Assembly: GCA_049889275.1 (NCBI GenBank)
Contig: JBMHDS010000078.1
Location: forward strand, 25,159 to 89,158
DNA from: Bradymonadia bacterium
Lineage (GTDB): Bacteria; Myxococcota_A; Bradymonadia; UBA7976; UBA1532
Direction: 5' to 3'
Length of the DNA stretch: 64,000 bases
In this document: positions 9,413 to 18,724 of the stretch, one piece after another
How the letters are laid out: each line of letters starts with the position of its first letter
How positions within the stretch are numbered: position 1 is the stretch's first letter
Position numbers and translations under genes: made by a program
Notes under the pieces: generated by a model
The model's input: only the letters and a program-made list of their open reading frames with translations
Database searches by the model: none
What the model was told of the DNA's origin: nothing

Positions 9413-9931
9413 TCACTCAATATCGTCGAGACGTCTGAGTTCGAACAAGGTCAAGTTGAACTGTCCACTCACGTCTCCCTGAGGTGTTTCAATCGTTGCC
9501 GTAAGGTCCACTTCAGAGCCGAGAAGTGACGTCACCTCGTCGAGTTCGAAGAGTGCGCCGTCACGGTGAGCAAACACCAATCTCGCCTCGGGATACTCAC
9601 AGTGGCCGTCTTCAAAAATCTTAAGGAGCCAATTGTCGGTACGATGCCGGGCAAGCAGCCTTTCCCCTTGTCGTAAGGTCAACGAGATGTCTGCTTGGTC
9701 AGGGTCGATAGAGCCGGTGACAGCCAGCGAGATGTCGATGTGATAGCCGCCCTGTAATCCCTCTTCGATCGACACGCCGTCAGCTGAGATAGCGACCAGT
9801 GGGTCATCGACACCAATCGTGAGGACGCCGTCTCCAGGACCACACGGAAAAGACGAGGAATCTTTGGGCCCCTCACACCCCAATGTGAGTATGCAAGCCA
9901 GTAGAAACCGCAAAGGTCTCACTCTAGTCAT
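9413..9931 (-). CDS. Hypothetical lipoprotein
   Basis: The internal ATG 9931 gives MTRVRPLRFLLACILTLGCEGP (lipobox). The longer track ORF (to 10219) overlaps the zinc-ribbon gene in another frame. Confidence 0.5.
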   Translation of the reverse strand: MTRVRPLRFLLACILTLGCEGPKDSSSFPCGPGDGVLTIGVDDPLVAISADGVSIEEGLQGGYHIDISLAVTGSIDPDQADISLTLRQGERLLARHRTDNWLLKIFEDGHCEYPEARLVFAHRDGALFELDEVTSLLGSEVDLTATIETPQGDVSGQFNLTLFELRRLDDIE

Positions 9932-10157
9932 CACTCGCTGAGCTGCTCCCACCAGTCGAAGCAGACGAGTTGGAGGCGCCATCATATCCCTGAGCGTACC
10001 AGCCGCCGCCGGACAAACGAAATGCCGTTCGGGCAACCGTCTTCGTGAGACCATCGTGTCCGCAGTGTGCGCATGACTCGGGTGGTGCATCTGATATTTT
10101 CGCGATGACTTCTGTAATGCCGTCGCAGGCTGGGCAGCGATACTTGTAAATGGGCAT
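9924..10157 (-). CDS. FmdB-family (CxxC_CxxC_SSSS) zinc-ribbon protein
   Basis: MPIYKYRCPACDG...CAHCGH has two CxxC pairs. The tail is Gly/Ser-rich. Confidence 0.75.
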   Translation of the reverse strand: MPIYKYRCPACDGITEVIAKISDAPPESCAHCGHDGLTKTVARTAFRLSGGGWYAQGYDGASNSSASTGGSSSASDD

Positions 10158-10243
10158 GGGCGATGTCCAGATCTACCAAAGTTGGCCAAATGGGTAAGCA
10201 CACATGGCCGTTGTGTCAAGCCTTAGGCGTCCAAACCATCCGT

Positions 10244-11038
10244 TTATTGCACCGATATAAAGGCACTCCACAGTCCTCTGACACCGGAAAACGATAGGAT
10301 GATCACCACAACCCAACGAACCAAAGTCGTGCCGCGCTTAATGACAGCACGCGCGCCGACAATGCTACCGAGAATGCCACCAGCCCCCACAAGTAAGCCG
10401 GGCTGCCACGCAACTTGTCCCACACCGTGAAAGACCATCAGAATCAGAACGGTATATACCGCGATCACGAGGGCCTTCGTGGCGTTCGCGTGTACAACAT
10501 CGAGCCGTCCAAGCTGAACCAGCGCCAAGAGCAAAGGTACACCGACTCCGGCTTGAAAAGCACCGCCATAGGCGCCGACAGCGAGATAACTCACTCCAGC
10601 GGCTAGACCATTTCGAGGCGTCTTGACCGCGCCGACTTCAAGTAATCCGGGTCCACTGCCGATCACAAAAGCCAAAACGAGAAAGATCATCGAGAATAAG
10701 ACGTTGAGGAAGCTCGGATCGAGCTGCACAACCATCAGCGCTCCCCCGATCGCGCCGATGAGTGTCCAAACGATAGGCCCTACAGCATGACCTACAGATC
10801 CCACCCCTTCACGCCGGAACGACGCCGTGGCAGAGACCGCCTGGATACCCACCGAGACTCGGTTTGTGCCGTTCGCCATAGATGCATCTAGTCCACACCA
10901 CATAAAAAGTGGAATGGTCACAGCAGACCCACCACCTGCAACAGCATTCACGTAGCCCGCGAAAACACCGCCGATGACGAGTGTGACACCTGTAACGAGG
11001 CTCATCTCAACCAATGGATCCCCTCCATTCGAACGCAT
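10244..11038 (-). CDS. TauE/SafE (DUF81) family anion exporter
   Basis: Polytopic membrane protein. GGGSAVTIPLFMWCGLDASMANGTNRV is typical of TauE. The start may be the MSLVTG codon at 11005. Confidence 0.65.
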   Translation of the reverse strand: MRSNGGDPLVEMSLVTGVTLVIGGVFAGYVNAVAGGGSAVTIPLFMWCGLDASMANGTNRVSVGIQAVSATASFRREGVGSVGHAVGPIVWTLIGAIGGALMVVQLDPSFLNVLFSMIFLVLAFVIGSGPGLLEVGAVKTPRNGLAAGVSYLAVGAYGGAFQAGVGVPLLLALVQLGRLDVVHANATKALVIAVYTVLILMVFHGVGQVAWQPGLLVGAGGILGSIVGARAVIKRGTTLVRWVVVIILSFSGVRGLWSAFISVQ

Positions 11039-11119
11039 TCGAGCCTATCGGCCCTGACCATCTCTGTCCATGCGCTTAGCATATTGCGTCTCGGCTCTGA
11101 CTCCAGCATGCTGCTGATC

Positions 11120-11839
11120 ATGAAACCTGTAATCCTCATGACAGGGCACACAATGCCGGAGCTCGCCGCACGTCGGGGCGACTATGACACCTGGTACGCT
11201 CGGGCATGTGGTGTAACAGTGGATCGTTTTCATGTCGTCGATGCTGTCGGAGGGGCGCCTCTACCCAACCCAAACAGCATCGATGCGCTCATCGTGAGCG
11301 GTAGCCCACACTGCGTGAAGAACTATGATGACTGGTCGGTCAAAGCGGGTGAATTCATGAAAACGGCTGTCAGTGCAGGGGTGCCGACCCTCGGCATCTG
11401 CTATGGTCATCAACTGCTCGCCGATGAGCTGGGAGGTATCGTTGGCGTCAACCCGAATGGCCGCGAGATTGGCGTATCGCTCGTGAGACAGTATGGACAA
11501 GACGCTTTGTTCGATGGTCTTGCCAGTGAATTTACAGTGATTCAAACCCACGTGGACGCAGTGCTTGAAGCGCCCCAATCAACCACCGTCATCGCCGGTA
11601 ACGCAAATACAGCCAACCAAGCAATGCGTGTACGCCAACGGGTCCGGACGGTACAATGGCACCCAGAGTTCGACATCGATATTATTGCGCATTACCTCGA
11701 CGCGCGGGCGGAACAAATCGATTCGGAGCTGGGCGCCGGTGCGGCGAAGTTGTTTAAAGACCGCCTAGAACCTGTCAGTTCTGGCACTGTGATCATGGAT
11801 AATTTCTTTGCGCATATCGTGGGTCGAAGTCTGCGTTGA
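11120..11839 (+). CDS. Class-I glutamine amidotransferase domain protein
   Basis: GICYGHQLLADELGG (nucleophile elbow) and QWHPEF (His/Glu). The start is moved to ATG 11120 (MKPVILMTGH). Confidence 0.65.
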   Translation: MKPVILMTGHTMPELAARRGDYDTWYARACGVTVDRFHVVDAVGGAPLPNPNSIDALIVSGSPHCVKNYDDWSVKAGEFMKTAVSAGVPTLGICYGHQLLADELGGIVGVNPNGREIGVSLVRQYGQDALFDGLASEFTVIQTHVDAVLEAPQSTTVIAGNANTANQAMRVRQRVRTVQWHPEFDIDIIAHYLDARAEQIDSELGAGAAKLFKDRLEPVSSGTVIMDNFFAHIVGRSLR

Positions 11840-12411
11840 ATTCACTATCAAAAGTGGCTGAGACCGCTCTCCTCGTTGGTGGGCGTAGTAGACGGATGGG
11901 CGGCGTAAACAAGGCCTTACTCACACGCGACGGCGTGAGTGTACTCGAGCGAACACTTGCTTTCTTCGACCGCGACGCTTGTTTTCTTGTGGGTGGTTCA
12001 TCTGAGCTGTACGGTCACCTAAACATACGTTGCGTTCCGGACGAAATTCCGGACAAGGGGGCCCCCGGGGGCGTGTACACAGCTCTTTGTCATGCAAGTA
12101 CACCGTGGGTTCGCATCCTGCCTTGCGATCTACCTAAGATGGATGAAGCGACACTCGCAGCGCTTGAACCGGACGAATCAAAAGACGTTGTGCTCTACAA
12201 AGTTGGTGAGCAGCCACAATACCTCGTCAGCCTGTGGAGGCGGAGCTGTCTGACCCGTCTCGAAGCGGCTTTGCGCAGTGGCAATCCCGGATTCGCGACG
12301 ATTCTTGACCGACTGAATGTATCTTGGAACGAAACTGCTTGCGGCGAACCATTCTTAAACATGAATACGCCACAAGATGCCGCTGAGGCAGGATATGCGA
12401 AAGGGCTTTGA
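11836..12411 (+). CDS. mobA: Molybdenum cofactor guanylyltransferase
   Basis: LVGGRSRRMGGVNKALL matches the MobA N-terminal signature. The TTG start overlaps the upstream stop (TTGA). Confidence 0.7.
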   Translation: MNSLSKVAETALLVGGRSRRMGGVNKALLTRDGVSVLERTLAFFDRDACFLVGGSSELYGHLNIRCVPDEIPDKGAPGGVYTALCHASTPWVRILPCDLPKMDEATLAALEPDESKDVVLYKVGEQPQYLVSLWRRSCLTRLEAALRSGNPGFATILDRLNVSWNETACGEPFLNMNTPQDAAEAGYAKGL

Positions 12412-12436
12412 GGGCCTACTCTGTCCGCCGCTCCCT

Positions 12437-13045
12437 TTATTTCGGTGTTGGGATGACGAAATCGAGCATGAAGTCGACAGCCTTATCGCCGACCGTTTTG
12501 ACACCTTCAGCGAAGCCTGTCACATCCCCCGGTTGCTTGCTCATGGCGTCTCCATCTTGGTCAAGACGCGCATAGAGTCGAACGTGGCCTGCGAGAACTG
12601 TCCCCTGCATCATGACATCTCGCGGTGTGAGCACATACTTGAGCGGAAACATTTGCGCACCCGTGACATTGATCTTCTTCGCAGCGAGAATCATCCCCTT
12701 CTTGCCCTCACCCGCGTCGCGGCGTGCGGAGATGAAGAGCGCCTGCCCAGCCTTGACGTTCTTCTCAAGTCCCGGCGCCAGCTTGATGGTACCGGCAATG
12801 CTACCACTTCTTGCAGCAGGCATGGATGTGGGCTGCGACGTCGGCATTGAGGTTGGTCGCGAGGTCGGCCCCACTCTCTTCGCTGGTACCTGTCCTTTAG
12901 GCTTGATGGTCGCTTTTTGAACCGGTGCGCGGGCCGGTGCTTTTTGGGCGGCGGGTTTGGGTGCCGAGGCTGTCTTAGAGTCGTCCTTCTGCTGACAACC
13001 AATGGCGAACACGCTGGCCATTACAATCACGTGAATTCTCATCAC
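12437..13045 (-). CDS. Lipoprotein with Pro-rich linker; C-terminal domain tentatively CcmI-C-terminal-like
   Basis: Lipobox VFAIGCQQ and a PTS-rich linker. The C-terminal pattern LFISARRD...LYARLDQDGDAMSKQPGDVTG recalls the non-TPR C-terminal domain of CcmI/CycH. That resemblance is from memory and has not been searched. Confidence 0.35.
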   Translation of the reverse strand: MMRIHVIVMASVFAIGCQQKDDSKTASAPKPAAQKAPARAPVQKATIKPKGQVPAKRVGPTSRPTSMPTSQPTSMPAARSGSIAGTIKLAPGLEKNVKAGQALFISARRDAGEGKKGMILAAKKINVTGAQMFPLKYVLTPRDVMMQGTVLAGHVRLYARLDQDGDAMSKQPGDVTGFAEGVKTVGDKAVDFMLDFVIPTPK

Positions 13046-13068
13046 ATCTCCTTATGTTACCGAATCGA

Positions 13069-13599
13069 TTACTCGTCGCTTTGAACACGGCTGCGCAACC
13101 TCGCAAGCCGCTCTTGTCTTTCGCTATCTGTACCACGTTTCAGGTCGTCAACATCCACATCTGCCATCCCCGACCGCACAGACTTATCATCGCGGCGCCA
13201 GTTGAGTAGGACTACAAACATGAGCGACCCCCCCAATATGTATGGAAGAAACGGCACAAAGAATGTGTACCAAGGCTGTTCTGGATTCTCCAACTGCGTC
13301 GCAGGAAAGCGCGCCTGCAGGCGTTTCACGATCTCATCGTTGGAGAGACCCGTATTCATCATGGACTCAATCTCCCGACGAAGCATGCCCGCGTTGGGAT
13401 GGGTGCATGATTTGAGCGTCTTGCCCGGACAGAACGGGCTCTTGAGTTGGTCTGAAAGTTTCGTCACTCGCTGGGCGACTTTGTCGAGCCCAGCGGAGGC
13501 GGTTTTGGCACCTGCTGCTTGACCCGCTGGACTCTGGGCCCTTAGGGGCGCTACTGTCGACAAAAATAAAAGCACGGCATATATCGCGGTTCTGTTCAT
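13069..13599 (-). CDS. CcmH/NrfF-family-like cytochrome c maturation protein (divergent Cys motif)
   Basis: Signal peptide, then SPFCPGKTLKSCTHPNAGMLRREIESMMNTGLSNDEIVKRLQARF, then one TM segment. This matches the CcmH layout, but with C-x7-C in place of CxxC. Confidence 0.5.
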   Translation of the reverse strand: MNRTAIYAVLLFLSTVAPLRAQSPAGQAAGAKTASAGLDKVAQRVTKLSDQLKSPFCPGKTLKSCTHPNAGMLRREIESMMNTGLSNDEIVKRLQARFPATQLENPEQPWYTFFVPFLPYILGGSLMFVVLLNWRRDDKSVRSGMADVDVDDLKRGTDSERQERLARLRSRVQSDE

Positions 13600-13647
13600 G
13601 TGCTCCTCGTAGTCTATGGCACCCTATTGTAAGCCTATGTGTCTGCG

Positions 13648-13675
13648 CTGACAAAAGGTTGGCGAGGGCTATAAT
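13648..13675 (+). promoter_or_regulatory. Sigma70-like promoter upstream of the SDR gene
   Basis: CTGACA (13648..13653), a 16-nt spacer, then TATAAT (13670..13675). AAGGAGG at 13727..13733 lies 5 nt before TTG 13739. Confidence 0.45.
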
Positions 13676-13738
13676 CGTCAACAATCGCGTGCTGAAGTCA
13701 AGCGAGAAGGCACGTGACCAGGGATAAAGGAGGCCAAC

Positions 13739-14503
13739 TTGAACGGAAGGCTGAGTGAAAAACAAGTCTGGATTCACGGCGCGAGTCGAGGCATTGGCTT
13801 GGCCATGGCGGAAGCGTGCGTGCGAGAGGGCGCTCGTTGTGTGCTCTCATCACGTAAACTTGACGCGATCAGGGATGCTGCCCACACACTCGGTGAACGC
13901 TATGAACGGGATGTGTACGCTGTTGAATGCCATGTGGGTAAATCGGAGGATGTGGAGCGCGCGTACGCAGAGGTAGAAAGTTTGATCGGCGTACCGAATG
14001 TCCTGATCAATAATGCGGGCACGAGCCCCTACTTCGGTCCATTACTCGGTGCAACTGAGGCGGCTTGGGATAAGACCTTCGACGTCAACCTAAAGGGACC
14101 TTTCCTTGCGACACGCATTGTCGCGAAGGCGCTCATGGCACATCAAATGTCTGGTTCGATCATCAACACTGCATCGATCCAAGGACATCTAGGTGCCCCC
14201 CTGCAGGGTGTGTATGGCATGACCAAGGCAGCTCTCGTTTCGATGACGAAAACATTCGCGCTTGAGCTTGGTGCTGCAAATATTCGAGTCAACGCGATTT
14301 GCCCAGGTCTCGTACAAACTAAGCTCGCATCGCTGCTGACGGATAATCCCACGTTCTCGAAGACCTACACCGACAGGGCTGCTCTTAAACGTTTTGGTCA
14401 ACCGGATGAGATCGCCGGGGCTGCTGTTTTTTTGGCGTCGGATGAGTCTACTTATTTAACGGGCCAATCCATCATCATCGATGGTGGTTTCATGGCCACT
14501 TAA
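13739..14503 (+). CDS. Short-chain dehydrogenase/reductase (SDR) family oxidoreductase
   Basis: GASRGIGLAMA (TGxxxGxG-type), NNAG, and YGMTKAAL (YxxxK). Confidence 0.8.
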   Translation: MNGRLSEKQVWIHGASRGIGLAMAEACVREGARCVLSSRKLDAIRDAAHTLGERYERDVYAVECHVGKSEDVERAYAEVESLIGVPNVLINNAGTSPYFGPLLGATEAAWDKTFDVNLKGPFLATRIVAKALMAHQMSGSIINTASIQGHLGAPLQGVYGMTKAALVSMTKTFALELGAANIRVNAICPGLVQTKLASLLTDNPTFSKTYTDRAALKRFGQPDEIAGAAVFLASDESTYLTGQSIIIDGGFMAT

Positions 14504-16213
14504 GTGATGGCTGAACGTCAAGCACCACCGCCCTGGGCTGGATTTCGACATCTCATCTGGCCGGCTATTAGAGCGCTGATCAACCAATCGAAACACGGCC
14601 AACGCATGGAGCGTTTGCGCCTGACATTCTTCGCCTTGCTCGGCATCAGCTTTATGCTGCTCACGGGCTTAGGTGCCCATTGGTTGTTCAGTCAGTTTCT
14701 TCAGGCAGAGTTCTTAGCCGAACTCTTGATCCGCAGAACATTGGACATCATTCTGCTGTTTTTTTTCGGGCTGCTCCTCTTCTCGAATTTGATCGCTGGG
14801 TTTAGTACCCTGCTGCTCGCTGATGATCTAACGCTGCTGATGTCCTCACCGATACCGAGCGGTCGGCTTTTCTTGTCACGCTTGGTCTTTAATTGGTCAC
14901 AATCATCTTGGATGGTGATCGTCTTTGGCATGCCGGTCATCGCGTCGGCTGGCGTCGTCTTAAACGCACCGATTTGGTTTTACCCCGCAGTGCCGCTCCT
15001 CCTTTTTCCGTTCACGGTGATCGCGACCGCTGTTGGGTGTCTCGTGACCCTCTTCCTCGCAGCATGGCTTCCTGCCCGAAGAACCCGCGACATACTCATC
15101 GTTCTCGCGGTGGTCGGCTTCCTTCTGCTCTACGTTGCATTTCGTCTGGCAGAACCTGAGCGATTTTTGCAGCCCGATGGCTTTAAAGACCTGATTGACC
15201 TGATCACAAACCTCTCGAACAGCGAGAATCTTTTGACACCGACCACCTGGACATTGGGCGCTTTGATGTCCTGCGCGAAGGGAAACGCATCAGAGCTAGT
15301 GCTGCCCACGGTCACGCTGTATGCGGGTGGATTGACCAGCATTGCGCTCAGCACCTGGTGTGCGCGAATAATTTACCTGCGCGCATTCGATACAGCCCAG
15401 ATGGGGCGCCAGACCCGTCGCGAGAGCATCGATGACACGCAGCCCTTTATGGTGATGAAGTATCCCGACGGTCCACTCTCCGCGCTCCTCGCACGGGACA
15501 ACCGCCTCTTTGTCCGTAATGCCGCGCAGTGGACACAATTGCTTCTGATCGGCGCGCTCGTGATCGTCTACCTATTCAACTTCAAACACTTCAGGGCTCT
15601 TCAAACAGCGAAGATCATCAACGCCACCGGCATATTTTACGTCAACTTCGCGCTGAGCGGGCTCGTAATAACGACGCTCGCTGTCCGCTTTCTATTCCCT
15701 GCGATCAGCCTCGAAGGGAAGGCATTCTGGACGGTCAGAGTCGCACCATTTCCTGCACGCACTTTGCTATGGGCGAAAGTGGTGTGGGGTGCCTTACCGC
15801 TCAGTATCTTAAGCATGCTCTTGGCGATTGGAAGTGGGTGGATCACTGGCTTACCACAATGGATGGTCATCACCGCAGCCCTGCTGGCTGCGGTGACGGC
15901 TTTTTGCCTCTCGGGCATGGCTGTGGGTCTAGGTGCTGTTTGGCCTGCCTTTCATCTAGATAATCCAACCCGTATCGCGAGCAGCATCGGCGGTGTATTC
16001 TTCATGTTGCTCGGTGCTACGCTGCTGATCGCGGTCGGTCTCTTGAGCGCACCCATCTTTCTTGCCACGCGCGACTTCATCGAGATGGGTGTCTCACCAT
16101 CGACAAGCAGGTTGTACTGGAGCATCGGCAGCTTCATCGGTCTGTGCGTTTTGATGCAACTGAGCTACTGGCTGCCCATGCGACTTGGCGCAACAAATCT
16201 CGACCACGGTTAA
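14504..16213 (+). CDS. Polytopic membrane protein, possibly ABC-2-type permease-like with two halves
   Basis: Starts immediately after the SDR stop. At least 10 hydrophobic segments fall into two similar halves. The family assignment is tentative. Confidence 0.4.
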   Translation: MMAERQAPPPWAGFRHLIWPAIRALINQSKHGQRMERLRLTFFALLGISFMLLTGLGAHWLFSQFLQAEFLAELLIRRTLDIILLFFFGLLLFSNLIAGFSTLLLADDLTLLMSSPIPSGRLFLSRLVFNWSQSSWMVIVFGMPVIASAGVVLNAPIWFYPAVPLLLFPFTVIATAVGCLVTLFLAAWLPARRTRDILIVLAVVGFLLLYVAFRLAEPERFLQPDGFKDLIDLITNLSNSENLLTPTTWTLGALMSCAKGNASELVLPTVTLYAGGLTSIALSTWCARIIYLRAFDTAQMGRQTRRESIDDTQPFMVMKYPDGPLSALLARDNRLFVRNAAQWTQLLLIGALVIVYLFNFKHFRALQTAKIINATGIFYVNFALSGLVITTLAVRFLFPAISLEGKAFWTVRVAPFPARTLLWAKVVWGALPLSILSMLLAIGSGWITGLPQWMVITAALLAAVTAFCLSGMAVGLGAVWPAFHLDNPTRIASSIGGVFFMLLGATLLIAVGLLSAPIFLATRDFIEMGVSPSTSRLYWSIGSFIGLCVLMQLSYWLPMRLGATNLDHG

Positions 16214-16237
16214 AAATTCAGGTAAAAGCGAGGGCTT

Positions 16238-17665
16238 TTGAACACCAGAGCCCTGAAGCAACGTCCGGGGCATAGAATTCTACGGATAGGAACGTTTCAA
16301 TTGTCCGCGTTAACCCCTCTCATCGTTCTCATCGTCGCATGCCTTGTTGGGTGCGAATCAGACAACTCTCCAGCGAAAATCATCCGGCTTGGTGATCCAG
16401 ACAGGCGTACTGTCGTACTCGATGAATCTAACGCAACCGAACAGACCGAGCGTCCAGAACTACCCGCCATCGATCCAAGTAACTCAGGCGAGTCAGGCCA
16501 AGGCGTGCCTTCAGCGAGCGGATGCATAACGGGTGAGCGACGACTGTGCGAGAGTCAGTGTGGTGTGTCGACCTGCCGCGCGGGCGTTTGGTCGGCCTGC
16601 GCTACTGCAGTGGAACGCTGTAATGGATTTGACGATGACTGCGACGGTAATGCCGATGAAGGCCTCGGTGTTGGTACAAGCTGCTCCGTGCAATCCGAGA
16701 ATGGTTGTACTGTCACCGGTATCCTGACATGCGACTTAAACAGCGGGCAATTGGCCTGCGACGCAGTGTCAACGGAACCTGCGGCTGAAGCGTGCGATGG
16801 GATCGACAACGATTGTGATGGCGTACCCGACGAGGATTTTCCCGGTCAGAGATGCTGCACAGAGGCCTATCATTGCCCACCATCGCAAACATGTATTGGC
16901 AATCGGTGCAATGGTTCCACAACAAATAGAGGCGTGGGTAACGGCGAGGCTGGTGCTGCTCTAGGCGATGCATGTAATCGCCCATTCGATTGCGCAGCAG
17001 GTCTCAGTTGCGCTGACGGGTCGTGTCGTGCGCTGTGTTTCTTTGATACCGATTGTGCTGGAGGTCAGACCTGTACATGTCCGCTTAATGATCCGGGCTG
17101 CCTGTTGACCGTCTGCCTTCAACAAGCCCCTGTCGACGGCGCTATGAGCTGCAATGAAACCATCGCCGTTAACGATTTCGGCACATTCAGAACCAATACC
17201 CAAGCGAACCGCAACGATTTAGCATCTACCTGCGGTAATCTTGGAGCCGGACCCGATGCTGCTTTTCGATTCGAGCTGCCCGAAGACACGGTTGTGACAA
17301 TCGACACCTTGGGGTCGGCCTTTGATACCGTGCTCTCGGTTCGAACCGACTGCGAGAACAGCGCCACGGAGTTAGCATGCGATGATGACAGCGGCGGCGC
17401 GACCATGTCAGCGCTACAACTCCGTGTCGCCGGAGGCGTGCCTTTCTTCGTGCTCGTTCATGGATTCGACCGAAACAGCGCCGGCCTTGTGGTGCTCAAT
17501 GCACGACCCGGTCAACAACCGGCTGACCCGCCAGCGGGTGGTGCAGCAATCTGTGAAAATTCGTGTGAATATGCAGGTGACGGGGATTGCGATGACGGAG
17601 GACCGAACGCCCTGTTTTCCCTCTGCCCGCTCGGGTCAGACTGTGCCGATTGTGGTCCTCGCTAG
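16238..17665 (+). CDS. Secreted Cys-rich lipoprotein with MopE-type C-x-D-x-D-C-D-G motifs and a PPC-like domain
   Basis: Lipobox CLVGCESD. Motifs CNGFDDDCDGNADEG and CDGIDNDCDGVPDED. The pre-peptidase-C-terminal-like segment is AAFRFELPEDTVVTIDTLGSAFDTVLSV...FFVLVHGF. The C-terminal tail is CEYAGDGDCDDGGPN...GSDCADCG. Confidence 0.6.
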   Translation: MNTRALKQRPGHRILRIGTFQLSALTPLIVLIVACLVGCESDNSPAKIIRLGDPDRRTVVLDESNATEQTERPELPAIDPSNSGESGQGVPSASGCITGERRLCESQCGVSTCRAGVWSACATAVERCNGFDDDCDGNADEGLGVGTSCSVQSENGCTVTGILTCDLNSGQLACDAVSTEPAAEACDGIDNDCDGVPDEDFPGQRCCTEAYHCPPSQTCIGNRCNGSTTNRGVGNGEAGAALGDACNRPFDCAAGLSCADGSCRALCFFDTDCAGGQTCTCPLNDPGCLLTVCLQQAPVDGAMSCNETIAVNDFGTFRTNTQANRNDLASTCGNLGAGPDAAFRFELPEDTVVTIDTLGSAFDTVLSVRTDCENSATELACDDDSGGATMSALQLRVAGGVPFFVLVHGFDRNSAGLVVLNARPGQQPADPPAGGAAICENSCEYAGDGDCDDGGPNALFSLCPLGSDCADCGPR

Positions 17666-17701
17666 ACGCCTTCTGCGCAGGCTCTCTACGGGTCTCGGCC
17701 G

Positions 17702-18646
17702 TCAATAACTGCCAGTGGCTGTACCGCCTGTAACGATGGTCACACTGGCTGATGCGCCAATCCGGTTAGCTCCAGCCTTCAACATGGCTTGAACGTCGTC
17801 TCGCGAACGCACACCACCGGAGGCCTTTACACCCATCTCACTGCCAACGAGTGCGCGCATCAAAGTCACGTCTTCTACGGTTGCGCCGCCGCCACCGAAA
17901 CCTGTGCTCGTTTTGACAAAGGCGGCGCCGGCTGCCTTAGACAAAGCACACGCGATGACCTTTTCATCGTGTTCGAGCTTTGATGTCTCCAGGATCACCT
18001 TCACTCCGATAGGCTTTGCGGCTTCCACGACGGCCTTGATGTCGCGAAGAACCAACTCGTAATCGCCGCTCTTCAACGCACCGATGTTAATCACCATATC
18101 GATTTCTCGAGCACCACAGCGGATCGCTTCACGGGTTTCATAGGCCTTTGATCTTGGATTCATAGCGCCAAGGGGAAAGCCAACGACGGCACACACCGGA
18201 ACACCGCTACCGTGCAAGAATCTGGTCATCAGGTTGACATTCGCTGAGTTGACACAAACGGTGGCGAATTGATGCTTGCGTGCCTCTTCGGCCAGCGCCA
18301 ACAACTGGTCCTTGGTCGCCTCCGGCTTGAGCAGCGTATGGTCGATATAGCCGGCTAAGTCGCCTTCAAGGCGGCCAACACCGTTCCCTGCGCCAATTCG
18401 GCTTGCACCAGCGCCCACGATCGCCTGCGTGGACTCAGGTCTGCGAGACGGGCACATGCCGCACTCAGAGCAATCTCCCGGGACCTCCTCGCATGGAATC
18501 AGGCGCAGCTCCTCTGCTGTATGCGTAGACAAGTTTGGGTGCTCTTGCTTGCCCGCTGAGCGAGTGTAGCCTGGCCCCTGCCCCCCGGCCATGAGCTGCG
18601 CGCGTACGCGGCTGGCGATCAGCTCAACAATCTGTTCATCGGTCAT
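17702..18646 (-). CDS. deoC: Deoxyribose-phosphate aldolase with ~95-aa N-terminal extension
   Basis: [23 protein letters not shown] and FVKTSTGF (Schiff-base Lys region). GGAGG lies 9 nt upstream of ATG 18646 and supports the long form. Confidence 0.8.
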   Translation of the reverse strand: MTDEQIVELIASRVRAQLMAGGQGPGYTRSAGKQEHPNLSTHTAEELRLIPCEEVPGDCSECGMCPSRRPESTQAIVGAGASRIGAGNGVGRLEGDLAGYIDHTLLKPEATKDQLLALAEEARKHQFATVCVNSANVNLMTRFLHGSGVPVCAVVGFPLGAMNPRSKAYETREAIRCGAREIDMVINIGALKSGDYELVLRDIKAVVEAAKPIGVKVILETSKLEHDEKVIACALSKAAGAAFVKTSTGFGGGGATVEDVTLMRALVGSEMGVKASGGVRSRDDVQAMLKAGANRIGASASVTIVTGGTATGSY

Positions 18647-18674
18647 GAAATCACCCCTCCGACGCCCGATTCTT

Positions 18675-18701
18675 CGGTGATGTCCACTGAAGACTTCACC
18701 G
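18675..18701 (-). other. Imperfect hairpin in the spacer between the AgmX-like gene and deoC
   Basis: The minus strand reads cggtgaagtc-ttcagt-ggacatcaccg, roughly 10 bp with one mismatch and one G-U pair. No U-tract follows. Confidence 0.25.
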
Positions 18702-18724
18702 CGGACTCAGGCTAGTGTTGCACA

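Noticed and set aside
9413-10219. The 268-aa track ORF taken as a single gene.
   Set aside because: Its N-terminal 96 residues overlap a clear FmdB zinc-ribbon gene (9924..10157) in another frame and look non-protein-like. The internal ATG 9931 yields a proper lipoprotein signal.
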